From contig CAWCPV010000014.1 of NCBI GenBank assembly GCA_963797555.1, forward strand, positions 448,001 to 512,000: a stretch of 64,000 nt of DNA, given 5' to 3'. The translations under genes were made by a program, and so were the position numbers. The stretch comes from an uncultured Gammaproteobacteria bacterium (GTDB lineage: Bacteria > Pseudomonadota > Gammaproteobacteria > CAWCPV01). Under the pieces are notes generated by a model, which did not search any database, was not told the DNA's origin, and worked only from the letters and a program-made list of their open reading frames with translations. This document shows, in pieces, positions 48,346 through 58,378 of this stretch (position 1 is its first letter; each line of letters starts with the position of its first letter).

Positions 48346-49007
48346 CAGCCCCTCCCGGTCACCGCCACGTGCCGGTCGCTCACCTGCCGGACCGAGAAGC
48401 CGGCCAGCCTCGCCCGGCCGAGCTGCCGCTCGATCTCCGCGGGGGTGTATGCGGCGCACAGGGAGTTGAAGAAATCCCGCTTCAGAACTTGGGGCTCTTC
48501 CGCGCTGTAGGTCTGCACCAACTGCCATGCGCGTTGCCGCGTCTCGGGGCGGGTCAGGTCCATGACGAACACCGGCGCGCCCGACGCCGCGCGCTGCCGA
48601 ACAGTGTCCCACAGCGCCCGTGGATCGCGCAGATGGTGCAGCAGGCTGTTGCTTATGACGCACTGATACTGCGGCCGCGGCAGGGTGGCTCCAGGCAGGT
48701 AGCCATGGAGCAGAAGGATCCGCGCCTCCAGCCCGTGCCTTGCGACGACCCGCCGACCGTACTTGAGCATGTTGGGGGCAGCGTCCACCCCATGAACGAT
48801 GGCACGCGGATGTGCGCGCGCGAAACGTACGGTGATGTCGGCAGGCCCGCACCCGAGGTCCAGCACGTAGCCGCAGATGTCTTGGCCGGAGAATTGTGCC
48901 TGGAACAGGCCAAGGAAGCGGCTGTGGGGCTCCTCGAAGTCCGCCTCCGCGTACGCCCGGACCTGGGCATCGTCGTCCATCAACTCCGGTTCCGGGACGC
49001 GCCGCAT
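48345..49007 (-). CDS. Class I SAM-dependent methyltransferase
   Basis: [28 protein letters not shown]. Confidence 0.85.
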   Translation of the reverse strand: MRRVPEPELMDDDAQVRAYAEADFEEPHSRFLGLFQAQFSGQDICGYVLDLGCGPADITVRFARAHPRAIVHGVDAAPNMLKYGRRVVARHGLEARILLLHGYLPGATLPRPQYQCVISNSLLHHLRDPRALWDTVRQRAASGAPVFVMDLTRPETRQRAWQLVQTYSAEEPQVLKRDFFNSLCAAYTPAEIERQLGRARLAGFSVRQVSDRHVAVTGRG

Positions 49008-49051
49008 CCAGGACGTTGCCGGCCCCGACCGCTCGCATGCGCGTTTCACGC

Positions 49052-50299
49052 TCAAGGTAGGAAATCTTCCTGGCTCCACAGGGACTCGAGCGCCTCGCGC
49101 CTGCGCACGACGTGAAACCGCGCGCCGTCCACCATGACCTCCGCCGCGCGGGGTCGCGTGTTGTAGTTGGAGCTCATCACGAAACCGTACGCGCCTGCGG
49201 AGCACACGGCCAGCAGATCGCCCGGTCGCAGACGCAGACTGCGTTCCTTGCCCAGGAAGTCGCCGGTCTCGCAGACTGGACCTACCACATCATAGACCCG
49301 GGCCTCGATGCGCGGGTCGCGCTCCACCTCGAGAATCTCTTGCCAGGCGCCGTACAGAGCCGGCCGCAACAGGTCGCTCATAGCGGCATCCACGATCGCG
49401 AAGTTCCGGTGGGCACCCGGCTTCAGGTACTCCACACGAGTCAGCAGAGCCCCGGCCTCCCCCACGATGGCTCGCCCCGGCTCCACCAGGACGGCGTACG
49501 GCCGATGCCCGAGAGTCCGTAAGAGGCTCTCGACGTACTCACGCGGGGTGGGTGGCGTCTCATCGCGGTAACGGATCCCCAGCCCCCCACCGACATCGAC
49601 GTGCTTCAACGGCACGCCCATCGCCTCCAGCTTCGCGGCAAGCGCCAGGACGCGCTCCAGCGCCGCGGCGAACGGCTTGACCTCGGTGAGCTGGGATCCG
49701 ATGTGGCAGTCGATGCCTCTGACCTCGATGTTGGGTAGGCTGGCGGCACGAGCGTAGACCTGTGGTGCCTCCTCGATTGCAATTCCGAACTTGGTCTTCC
49801 TCAGACCGGTGGCGATATACGGGTGAGTCCCGGCATCCACGTCGGGGTTTACCCGTAACGCGACCGCCGCCCGCTTCCCCAAGGCCGCAGCGACCGCATC
49901 CAATAGTTCCAGCTCCGCCGCGGACTCGACGTTGAAGCAGTGGATGTCCAGCTCCAGAGCACGGTGCAGCTCGTCGGGGCGCTTCCCGACGCCGGAGAAC
50001 ACAATATTGTCGGGCTGACCCCCAGCGCACAGCACTCGTTCCAGCTCGCCTCCCGAGACCACGTCGAACCCCGAGCCCAAGCGCGCCAGCAGCCGCAACA
50101 CCGCTAGATTGGAGTTGGCCTTGACCGCGTAGCAGACGCGGTGGGGATGTGACCCGAACGCGTCGTCGAACTCCTTCCAGCGCTCCTCGATAGCCGCGCG
50201 CGAGTATACGTAGCCAGGTGTGCCGACCTGGCGAGCGATGTCGGTCAGGGGGACCGACTCTACGTGGAGCCGGCCTTGAACGTAATGAAACGGCGACAT
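49052..50299 (-). CDS. lysA: Diaminopimelate decarboxylase
   Basis: [38 protein letters not shown]. Confidence 0.96.
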   Translation of the reverse strand: MSPFHYVQGRLHVESVPLTDIARQVGTPGYVYSRAAIEERWKEFDDAFGSHPHRVCYAVKANSNLAVLRLLARLGSGFDVVSGGELERVLCAGGQPDNIVFSGVGKRPDELHRALELDIHCFNVESAAELELLDAVAAALGKRAAVALRVNPDVDAGTHPYIATGLRKTKFGIAIEEAPQVYARAASLPNIEVRGIDCHIGSQLTEVKPFAAALERVLALAAKLEAMGVPLKHVDVGGGLGIRYRDETPPTPREYVESLLRTLGHRPYAVLVEPGRAIVGEAGALLTRVEYLKPGAHRNFAIVDAAMSDLLRPALYGAWQEILEVERDPRIEARVYDVVGPVCETGDFLGKERSLRLRPGDLLAVCSAGAYGFVMSSNYNTRPRAAEVMVDGARFHVVRRREALESLWSQEDFLP

Positions 50300-50310
50300 C
50301 CAGGCGCAGA

Positions 50311-50424
50311 TCAGGGCCGGGCAACGGAAGGTTTAGCCTCGGGGAGGTACAAATCCCCCTTCTGCCCGCACCCCGAAAGTTGGATGCCGGCGAGGATGAG
50401 GCACAGCAGGCACAGGTTCCTCAA
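50311..50424 (-). CDS. Small lipoprotein LptM/LppL-like
   Basis: Lipobox LSGC then GQKGDLYLP immediately upstream of lysA; start uncertain. Confidence 0.75.
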   Translation of the reverse strand: MRNLCLLCLILAGIQLSGCGQKGDLYLPEAKPSVARP

Positions 50425-50759
50425 CAGGGAGCCAGAACGCCGGGAGAAGGCCCCTAGGCTGCTGGGGGGCCGCAATGCCGTTGTGGATCCGCGAGTGCGG
50501 ACGGGCGGGTGGTGCATCCGTTCAAGGTCGTCGAAGCGGCGGTGTCGGGGGTTTGCCCGAAAGGCTCCGGAGCCCCGCACTCCGTCGGCGGGAGCGCGCG
50601 CCCCGTGAGATTGCCACAGGCGCGAAGTCCGGGTGCTCGGGGCGCGGCACCCCCGCCACGGAAGGGCACCTGAGCCATGACGTGCACGGCGGCAGCAATG
50701 AATGGGCGGAGAAGCTATCGAGCCACGGGCCACGCCGCTGCCGATACCTCCCCGGCAGC

Positions 50760-50972
50760 TTATGGGGCGGCCTTCACGTTCACCGACGTGGCATGCAAAC
50801 CCTTGGGCCCGCGTGTTGCGTCGAATTCCACGAGCTGCCCCTCGGCCAGCGTCTTGAAACCATCCCCGGCAATGGCTGAATAGTGGACGAAGACGTCCTC
50901 GGTGCCATCCTGAGGCGAGATGAATCCGAATCCTTTGGCCTCGTTGAACCACTTTACCGTACCAACGCGCAT
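50760..50972 (-). CDS. Cold-shock domain protein
   Basis: [24 protein letters not shown]. Confidence 0.95.
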   Translation of the reverse strand: MRVGTVKWFNEAKGFGFISPQDGTEDVFVHYSAIAGDGFKTLAEGQLVEFDATRGPKGLHATSVNVKAAP

Positions 50973-51231
50973 TAGCTACAACCCCTCCACGAACGCGATC
51001 CAAGACCGCCGGCGGCAAACGCCCGATCGCCCCACTCCCCGGAGCTGGCGAGAGCCGCGGCAGGACTGCCTTTCCGACCAGCAGCCAGCGGCTGCTCGCG
51101 CAAGTATAGTGCATCCGCCCTCCAAGTCCAGACCCGGCCCATGGTGGGCGTGCACCACCGCGCCTTACGCCTTTTTCGCCGCGGGCGTGGTGTACAATCG
51201 TCCTGTCAAAACGAGATCTGATGTTTTACTT

Positions 51232-51891
51232 ATGGCCTCCCTGCGCACTGTCGAGGTCGAGCCCAGCGGCTCATCGACGGCCACCGTTGTTTGGCTGCAC
51301 GGTCTGGGCGCCGACGGCCACGACTTCGAGCCCATCGTCCCCCAGCTCCGGCTGAGCGGGGTGCGCTTCGTATTCCCCCACGCCCCTTACCGCCCCGTCA
51401 CCATCAACCAAGGCTATGTCATGCGCGCGTGGTACGACATCCTCGCCCCAGATCTGAGCCGGGGGGAGGATGAAAACGGTATCCGCGCATCTCAGAGCGC
51501 CTTGGAGGAGCTGATAGAGCGGGAGGTCTCCCGGGGCATCGGCCCATCCCGCATCGTGTTGGCCGGCTTCTCTCAGGGAGGGGCCGTCTCCCTGCACACG
51601 GGCTTGCGGCACCCGAAGCCACTTGCCGGCATCCTCGCCCTGTCGACCTACCTGCCCCTGGCGGCACAGTTGGCGACAGAGGCACATCCCGCCAACGCCG
51701 AGACCCCCATTTTCATGGCCCACGGAACGACCGACAACATTGTGCCGATTACCCTCGGGCAGCGCTCGCGGGAGGTGCTGGAGGGCGCTGGCTACCGCGT
51801 GGATTGGTATACCTACCCCACGGGCCATACCATCTGTGCCGAGGAGATCCACGCGGTCTCGGCGTGGCTGAAGCGCGCATTCCACGAGTGA
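51232..51891 (+). CDS. Phospholipase/carboxylesterase (alpha/beta hydrolase)
   Basis: WLHGLGADGHDF, MRAWYDI, GFSQGG, HGTTD..VP, GH. Confidence 0.92.
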   Translation: MASLRTVEVEPSGSSTATVVWLHGLGADGHDFEPIVPQLRLSGVRFVFPHAPYRPVTINQGYVMRAWYDILAPDLSRGEDENGIRASQSALEELIEREVSRGIGPSRIVLAGFSQGGAVSLHTGLRHPKPLAGILALSTYLPLAAQLATEAHPANAETPIFMAHGTTDNIVPITLGQRSREVLEGAGYRVDWYTYPTGHTICAEEIHAVSAWLKRAFHE

Positions 51892-51892
51892 A

Positions 51893-52110
51893 GAGCTTGT
51901 CGATAAATTCCGCTGCGCTTCCCGATAGCACCGTTGCGCGGTGCTCATGGCGTACCTCCCTGTACGCCACCCCTTTTGGGGCGGCCTGCGGACGTGCCGA
52001 ATGGCCATCCTGCCATTCGGTCGCTCTTCGCCTACCTACGGAACATGTCTCGTCGCTGCGTCGCCTGCGCCTTGCTCTCGAGCCGTTCGCGACGTTCTCT
52101 TCCCAAGCTC
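51893..52110 (-). repeat. MITE-like element, copy A (~218 bp)
   Basis: Termini GAGCTTG.../...CAAGCTC; reverse-complement match to 61041-61257. Confidence 0.8.
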
Positions 52111-52157
52111 TGAATGGGACTGGGGGCCGGGCGCAGCCAGCCACCGAGGCCAAGAGG

Positions 52158-53132
52158 TCACACTCGGGAAAAGTGGTCGTAACCTCCGACGGACGGGGTG
52201 ATTTCGGTCCCGTCGTCCAGAACGCAACGCAGTCCCGGCTGTCGCTCTACCCAGCCGATCCAGGTGCAACCGACATCGAAGCTGGCAAATGCTCGGTCGA
52301 GCTCGCCCTGGCGCCGCTCTGGCACGGTGAAGCAGAGCTCGTAATCATCGCCGGCCGATAACGGCAGGCTCCAGCCACCGGCGGCGTGGAAGAGGGTCCG
52401 AAAGACAGGCGAAAGCGGCAGCCGCTCCACTTGAAGTGTAGCCCCCACCCCACTCGCATCCAGGATGTGGCCCAAATCGGCGCCCAAGCCGTCGGAGACA
52501 TCGATGGCAGCGCTCGCCAGACCCCGCAGGGCGAGGCCGTGCTCCACACGGGGCTGCGGTCGGTTGAGGCGGCCGAGCACATAGTCGCGGTCGCGGGCCG
52601 GCAAACGCACTTCGTCTTGGAGCGCCAGCAGAGCCAGCCCTGCGTCCCCCAGGCAGCCGGTCACGTAGATCAGATCGCCGGGACCGGCACCGGCACGGCG
52701 GATTGCGGAGCCGCGCGGCACGAAGCCGTGGACTTGCACCGTGATGGTCAGGGGGCCACGCGTGGTGTCCCCGCCCACGAGACTGACACCGTGGAGGCGA
52801 GCCAGGCTAGCCACTCCCCTCCCGAACCCTTCCAGCCACGGCTCGTCGGCCCGCGGAAGGGTCAACGCCAAGGTGGCCCACGCAGGCGCCCCCCCCATAG
52901 CGGCCAGATCGCTGAGATTGACGGCCAGCGCCTTGTGCCCCAAGGACTCGGGATCGGTCCCGGCGGTGAAATGGACGCCCTGCACCAGGGTGTCCACCGC
53001 CACGGCGAGGTCCACACCCTCTGGAACCCGCAGCAGGGCGGCGTCATCTCCCACGCCCAGGATGACATCGGCGCGAACGGCTCCCAGGCCGGAGAAATAT
53101 CGCTCGATGAGCCTGAACTCGGAGACGGACAA
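52158..53132 (-). CDS. thiL: Thiamine-monophosphate kinase
   Basis: EFRLIERYF, GVGDDAA, KALAVNLSDLAAMG, GGDTT, DVSDGL, GDDYELCFT. Confidence 0.96.
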   Translation of the reverse strand: MSVSEFRLIERYFSGLGAVRADVILGVGDDAALLRVPEGVDLAVAVDTLVQGVHFTAGTDPESLGHKALAVNLSDLAAMGGAPAWATLALTLPRADEPWLEGFGRGVASLARLHGVSLVGGDTTRGPLTITVQVHGFVPRGSAIRRAGAGPGDLIYVTGCLGDAGLALLALQDEVRLPARDRDYVLGRLNRPQPRVEHGLALRGLASAAIDVSDGLGADLGHILDASGVGATLQVERLPLSPVFRTLFHAAGGWSLPLSAGDDYELCFTVPERRQGELDRAFASFDVGCTWIGWVERQPGLRCVLDDGTEITPSVGGYDHFSRV

Positions 53133-53544
53133 AACCTCTCCCCGGACAGCAAGGACCGCTCGAAATCATCAGGATTGACACATTGTAGACCAGCCAGCCC
53201 CGGGGAATCCCTGCGGCGCCTCCCGAAAAATCGTCCGTAAAGCACCCGCCGCAGGGCACGAGCGCGGAAGATTCGGGGTGCTTGGGCCGACATCTGAACC
53301 CGTCGCCAGCACGTGGGCTGCCTTCGGGCGGCCTCCGATGCCCGATCATTTTTCAGAAGATACGGGTTTACTAATATTCGTTCGGCACGATGGCCTTTCA
53401 CAGGGTGGCATCAGACCCGTCAAGTTTGTGCCCACCAGACCGAAATGCCGCGAAAGGCCGCAGGCTGCAACACCTTGGTATTCAAGTCGCTACATCCGCC
53501 TGCATCGCCACCCGCCACTCCTGATGCCCGGTCTTATTTCAAGC

Positions 53545-53593
53545 ACATTCACCCGGCGACTTCTTGACATTCACCCTGACCAAATATTAAGTT
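53545..53593 (+). promoter_or_regulatory. Putative sox promoter with ACATTCACCC direct repeat
   Basis: TTGACA at 53564-53569, AT-rich -10 region near 53585-53593; ACATTCACCC at 53545 and 53567. Confidence 0.5.
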
Positions 53594-53641
53594 TCCCGAA
53601 CCGTCCAGCCCGTGAGCACACGAATGCACAGGAGGAAAGGA

Positions 53642-54022
53642 ATGCTTACCCCTCTGCGTGTCTTGATATCCGCAGCAGGCATGGTCGTCCTGATGGGTGC
53701 CATGGTGGCGGTTCCGCTGAAGACGCCGGCAGCCGAGACGCCGACTCCCTCGTTGGCGCAGGAGGGGAAGCAGATCGCCTTCGAGCGCAGCAAGGGTAAC
53801 TGCCTGGCATGTCACGCGATCGCGGGCGGCGACTCACCCGGCGACATCGGTCCGCCACTGGTCGCCATGAAGGCACGGTATCCGGACAAGGCAAAGCTCC
53901 GGGCGCAGATTTATGATGCGACCGTCGCCAACCCCCATACCGTGATGCCGCCATATGGGCGCAATCGGATCCTCACGGAGGACGAGATCGACAAGGTCGT
54001 CGACTTCATCTACACCCTCTAA
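53642..54022 (+). CDS. soxX: Sulfur oxidation c-type cytochrome SoxX
   Basis: KGNCLACH, G.IGPPL, NPHTVMPPYG..ILT..EID. Confidence 0.93.
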   Translation: MLTPLRVLISAAGMVVLMGAMVAVPLKTPAAETPTPSLAQEGKQIAFERSKGNCLACHAIAGGDSPGDIGPPLVAMKARYPDKAKLRAQIYDATVANPHTVMPPYGRNRILTEDEIDKVVDFIYTL

Positions 54023-54061
54023 CGCCCCCATCCTCATCTAACTGCAGCAAGGAGCAGCCCT

Positions 54062-54535
54062 ATGAACCTGACGCGCAGAACCATCCTGAAAGGTACCCTG
54101 GCAGGCACTCTGGTGGGGGTGGCGGCTGGCGCCGGCCTGCTGAAGCCCCGCATGGCGCTCGCGGCAACGTGGCCCAAGGCCGCATTCGAATCCAAGGATG
54201 TCGCCGGTGCCCTCAAGGCTCTGTACGGGACGGACTCGCACTCCCCCAGCACCGACATCACCATCAAGGCACCGTCCATCGCGGAGAATGGTGCCGTGGT
54301 GCCGATCACTGTATCCACCAACCTGAAAGACGTGGACTCGATCGCCATCATCGCGTCCGGGAACCCCTTTCCCCTCACGTCGACCTACGACCTGGCCAAG
54401 GATACGGAGGGCTATGTGGCTACCCGAATCAAGATGGGGAAGACCGCCGACGTCCTCGCCGTGGTGAGGTCGGGCGGCAAACTGTACAGCGCCAGCCAGC
54501 AGGTCAAGGTTACCATCGGCGGCTGCGGCGGCTGA
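54062..54535 (+). CDS. soxY: Thiosulfate oxidation carrier SoxY
   Basis: Tat signal RRTILK; APSIAENGAVVP; C-terminal VKVTIGGCGG. Confidence 0.96.
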   Translation: MNLTRRTILKGTLAGTLVGVAAGAGLLKPRMALAATWPKAAFESKDVAGALKALYGTDSHSPSTDITIKAPSIAENGAVVPITVSTNLKDVDSIAIIASGNPFPLTSTYDLAKDTEGYVATRIKMGKTADVLAVVRSGGKLYSASQQVKVTIGGCGG

Positions 54536-54567
54536 GCAACTCTCGGGGCTACGCAAAGGAGAAGGCA

Positions 54568-54882
54568 ATGGCAAACACCATCAAGATCCGGGCAAAGGTC
54601 GAAAGCGGAGTGACGGAGGTGAAGATGCTCATCAGCCACCCGATGGAGACGGGTTCTCGCAAGGACAGCAAGACCGGTGAGCTGGTCCCAGCCCACTACA
54701 TCCAGGAGGTGACGTGCGAACACAACGGCAACAACGTGCTCACCGCCCTCTGGGACGGTGGCGTCTCGAAGAACCCGTACTTGGCCTTCAAATTCAAGGG
54801 TGGACAGCCAGGCGACACCGTCAAGATCCACTGGGTGGACAACAAGGGTGAGAGCGACACCGCCGAGGAGAAGATCAGCTAG
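54568..54882 (+). CDS. soxZ: Thiosulfate oxidation carrier complex protein SoxZ
   Basis: ISHPMETGSRKD, PAHYIQ, SKNPY..F, WVDNKG. Confidence 0.95.
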   Translation: MANTIKIRAKVESGVTEVKMLISHPMETGSRKDSKTGELVPAHYIQEVTCEHNGNNVLTALWDGGVSKNPYLAFKFKGGQPGDTVKIHWVDNKGESDTAEEKIS

Positions 54883-54895
54883 CCGGAGGAGGCGC

Positions 54896-55732
54896 ATGAC
54901 CAAGAAGCTCTTCACCGCGCTGGGTCTGGTGCTCACGACCCTCATTCCCGCGGCGCTGCAGGCGGGTCCAGAGGAGGACCGCAAGGCATTCCAGCAGTAT
55001 TTCGAAAAGCGCTTTCCGGAGCTAAAGCTCGCCGATTGGGGCAACGGAGCTTACTCCCTGGACGCGGATCTCAAGGCCCAGTGGGAAGCCATCGAGGAGT
55101 TCCCGCCTTATGTGCCGGACATCGATGCCGGCAAGAAGCTGTTCGAAACCCCGTTCAAGAACGGCAAGACCTACGCGGGCTGCTTGAAGAACAAAGGTAT
55201 CGGCATCGCCCAGAACTACCCTTACTTCGACACCAAAAAGGGGGAGGTGATCACGCTGCCCGTGGCGATCAACGAGTGTCGAACGAAAAACCACGAGCAG
55301 CCTCTACCGTATGGGAAGGGCGAGATCGCCCAGATCCTGGCCTACATGGAATACACCTCCCGAGGCAAGAAGACCCACATGGTCGTGCCCAAAGACCGGC
55401 GCGCCCTGGAGGCTTATGACAAGGGTAAACGCCTCTACTACGCGAAACGTGGACAGCTCAACTTCGCCTGCTCGGACTGCCACGTGCTGAATCCCGGTCG
55501 GCACATCCGGTCTGACCTGATCAGTCCCGCTCTGGGCCAGACCACCCACTGGCCGGTCTATCGTGCCGCTTGGGGAGACCTCGGGACGCTGCAGCGGCGC
55601 TTCCAGGGGTGCTACCAGCAACTGCGCGCCAAACCCTTCCCGCTGCAGAGCGAGGAGTACCGGGATCTCGAGTACTACATGACCTACATGAACGACGGGC
55701 TGCCTTTGAACGGACCAGCGTCACGTAAGTAA
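54896..55732 (+). CDS. soxA: Sulfur oxidation c-type cytochrome SoxA (one CxxCH)
   Basis: RGQLNFACSDCH, HWPVYR..WG..GTLQRRFQGC, LEYY..YM..GLPLNGPASRK. Confidence 0.94.
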   Translation: MTKKLFTALGLVLTTLIPAALQAGPEEDRKAFQQYFEKRFPELKLADWGNGAYSLDADLKAQWEAIEEFPPYVPDIDAGKKLFETPFKNGKTYAGCLKNKGIGIAQNYPYFDTKKGEVITLPVAINECRTKNHEQPLPYGKGEIAQILAYMEYTSRGKKTHMVVPKDRRALEAYDKGKRLYYAKRGQLNFACSDCHVLNPGRHIRSDLISPALGQTTHWPVYRAAWGDLGTLQRRFQGCYQQLRAKPFPLQSEEYRDLEYYMTYMNDGLPLNGPASRK

Positions 55733-55881
55733 GTACCGCGGGGCCTCGTGGCGCCCCTCCCGGAGCCGCCGTCGGACGCACCCTGGCAGCGATCAGAGCA
55801 TCGGCGGCAGCCCTTCCTTCGACGCGACCGCACCTTTTCTCGCGTTCCCTGCCCCGCAGGGGACGTCGGAGGCATCGAGTC

Positions 55882-57612
55882 ATGAGCATCTCGCGCAGAG
55901 AATTCCTCCAGATCCTGGCGCTCGCCAGCACCTGCGAATGGGACATCCAAGCTTTGGGGGGAACGAGCAGCGGTCCGTCGAAGGCGCCTTCCGACCCCTA
56001 TGAGTTGCCAGCTTTCGGCAACGTCAGCCTCATGCACTTCACCGACTGCCATGCGCAACTGCTCCCCGTCTGCTTCCGGGAGCCGAATATCAACATCGGC
56101 GTCGGCGCCATGGCCGGCCGCCCCCCTCACTTGGTGGGCCATCATTTCCTGAGGTACTACGACGTCCCGGCGGCCTCGCGGGACGCCCATGCTTTCACCT
56201 ACCTGGACTTCACAGAGGCAGCCCACAAGTTCGGAACGATGGGTGGCTTCGCCCACCTCGCAACGCTGGTCAAGAAGATTCGGGCCCAGCGGCCGGGAGC
56301 GCTGCTGTGCGACGGCGGCGACACCTGGCAGGGGTCGGCCACCGCTCTGTGGACCGATGCGCAGGACATGGTCGATGCCCAATTGCTGCTCGGCGTCGAC
56401 GTGATGACCCCCCATTGGGAGTTCACCTATGGTGCGGATCGCGTCAAGCACATCGTCGACAACGACTTCAAGGGCAAGCTCGACTTTGTTGCCCAGAATG
56501 TGGTGGACAAGGAATGGGGTGAAAAGGTGTTCACCCCCTACGTCATCAGGGAGGTAAACCGTGTCCCGGTTGCGATCGTCGGGCAGGCATTTCCGTTCAC
56601 GCCCATTGCCAATCCCGGCTACCTGATGCCCAACTGGAGCTTCGGGATCCGCGAGGACCACATGCAGGAGATGGTGAACCAGGCACGGGACAAAGGCGCG
56701 AAGGCCGTCGTCTTACTCTCGCACAACGGCATGGATGTCGACTTGAAGCTAGCCAGCCGCGTGACGGGGATCGATGCCATCCTCGGCGGCCACACCCACG
56801 ATGCAGTGCCGAAACCCGTGGTGGTGTCGAATGCCAGCGGCAAGACGCTGGTCACTAACGGCGGCTCCAACGGGAAGTTCCTCGGGGTGCTGGACCTGGA
56901 TATCAAGGACGGAAAGGTGAGGGACTTCCGCTATCACTACCTTCCAGTGTTCTCCAACCTGCTGCCTCCCGACCCGGATATGTCGGCGCATATCGAAAAG
57001 GTTCGCGCCCCGTACAAGGACAAGCTGAGCGAGAAACTGGCCGCGACCGACACGCTGCTATACCGTCGCGGCAACTTCAACGGCACCTTCGACCAGCTCA
57101 TCGTGGACGCCATGCTCAAGGTCCAGGACGCGCAGATCGCCTTCTCCCCGGGGTTTCGGTGGGGGGTTAGCGTGCTGCCGGGCGAGTCCATCACCATGGA
57201 TCAGCTCATGACCCAAACCGCCATCACCTACCCAACGGCGACCTTGAACGATCTCACCGGGGAGATGGTGAAGAACATCCTGGAGGACGTGGCAGACAAC
57301 CTGTTCAATCCCGATCCGTATTACCAGCAGGGGGGCGACATGGTGCGGGTGGGCGGCCTGAAGTTCGTATTCGATCCCACTCAGACCATGGGCAAGCGCG
57401 TCAGCAGCATGGAGCTGGACGGCAAGCCCATCGACCCGAGGAAGAAGTACAAGGTAGCCGGCTGGGCCAGCGTCGCCCAGCCCCTGAAGGGCAAGCCCAT
57501 CTGGGACGTCGTGGCGGAATACCTGCGGGACGCCAAGACGGTCAGCATCAAGCACCTCAACCTTCCGCGACTCAAGAACGTCCAGGACAACCCAGGGTAC
57601 GAAGCGATATAG
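55882..57612 (+). CDS. soxB: Thiosulfohydrolase SoxB
   Basis: Tat SRREFL; HFTDCHAQL, DGGDTWQGS, HWEFT, LSHNG, GGHTHD, YRRGNFNG. Confidence 0.96.
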   Translation: MSISRREFLQILALASTCEWDIQALGGTSSGPSKAPSDPYELPAFGNVSLMHFTDCHAQLLPVCFREPNINIGVGAMAGRPPHLVGHHFLRYYDVPAASRDAHAFTYLDFTEAAHKFGTMGGFAHLATLVKKIRAQRPGALLCDGGDTWQGSATALWTDAQDMVDAQLLLGVDVMTPHWEFTYGADRVKHIVDNDFKGKLDFVAQNVVDKEWGEKVFTPYVIREVNRVPVAIVGQAFPFTPIANPGYLMPNWSFGIREDHMQEMVNQARDKGAKAVVLLSHNGMDVDLKLASRVTGIDAILGGHTHDAVPKPVVVSNASGKTLVTNGGSNGKFLGVLDLDIKDGKVRDFRYHYLPVFSNLLPPDPDMSAHIEKVRAPYKDKLSEKLAATDTLLYRRGNFNGTFDQLIVDAMLKVQDAQIAFSPGFRWGVSVLPGESITMDQLMTQTAITYPTATLNDLTGEMVKNILEDVADNLFNPDPYYQQGGDMVRVGGLKFVFDPTQTMGKRVSSMELDGKPIDPRKKYKVAGWASVAQPLKGKPIWDVVAEYLRDAKTVSIKHLNLPRLKNVQDNPGYEAI

Positions 57613-57619
57613 CGACGCT

Positions 57620-58220
57620 GTCCGGGAGGCGTGCGCTCGACCTCAGACAGGGCGTGGGCGGGAGTCGGAGACCGGCCGGGGCGCCCGTCGCCGCTCAGCA
57701 GACCGTGGCCGGCCTTCCAGCGCTGCAGGGTGCGCACGCCTATACCCGCGAGATCGCAGGGCCGGTTCGAGCCGCACGTCGACGCCGTGGGCTTGCTCCA
57801 TGCCGCGGGCCAACTGTAGGCGATCTCCCAGACGGAACACTCGCCCGGGTCCTGCCCGAAGATCGCCGAGAGTTTTTGACAGCACCAGCCAGGCAGCCGT
57901 CTCGGCCAGTACCTCGTCCTTGCCCTTGATCTCGCGCTTCAGTTCCTCGAGGCGACGTAGGTCCTGCCGGGTCAATAGGGGTCCGGCACGCGCTTCCTCA
58001 GGCTCCGCCTGCGCCGCCGCGTCACTCCCGACCCCTTCTGGAGCACGCAAAGCCTTGGTCCGCCAATGTCTTGTCACTTCGATCGCCGCCAGTGTGACCT
58101 TCGCCTTGAATCGCTCTCCCTGATTGCGCCTCTCGCCACTCATCTCGATATCATCACCGCGATGGAGCGGTTCATCCCCTGCTACTTAATGTCCCCGCAC
58201 AGAGTTCCGAAACCAGCTCT
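57620..58220 (-). mobile_element. Degenerate chimeric IS3-family remnants
   Basis: 58060-58220 is a diverged reverse-complement copy of the IS3 left end/orfA start at 39360 (AGAGCTGG...GGGGATGAACCGC...ATGAGTGGC); downstream ELKREIKGKDEVLAETAAWLVLSK and RTLQRWK belong to a second IS3 type. Confidence 0.7.
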
Positions 58221-58378
58221 GCGGCGTGGCCTGCGCTGATTCAGCCCGCCCTGCGATCCACTGGTCCGGGGCGGTCCGGCAATCCTCAGGTCCGGGGCGA
58301 TCCATACCACACGCTGCGAACCTTTTACAAACGTGGAATGATCTGGCCGACGGCCTATCGAGTCGGGAGTGACCCCAG

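Noticed and set aside
47482-49038. 518-aa DapF fusion
   Set aside because: The upstream part is an alternative frame of the methyltransferase gene; DapF starts at 48345.
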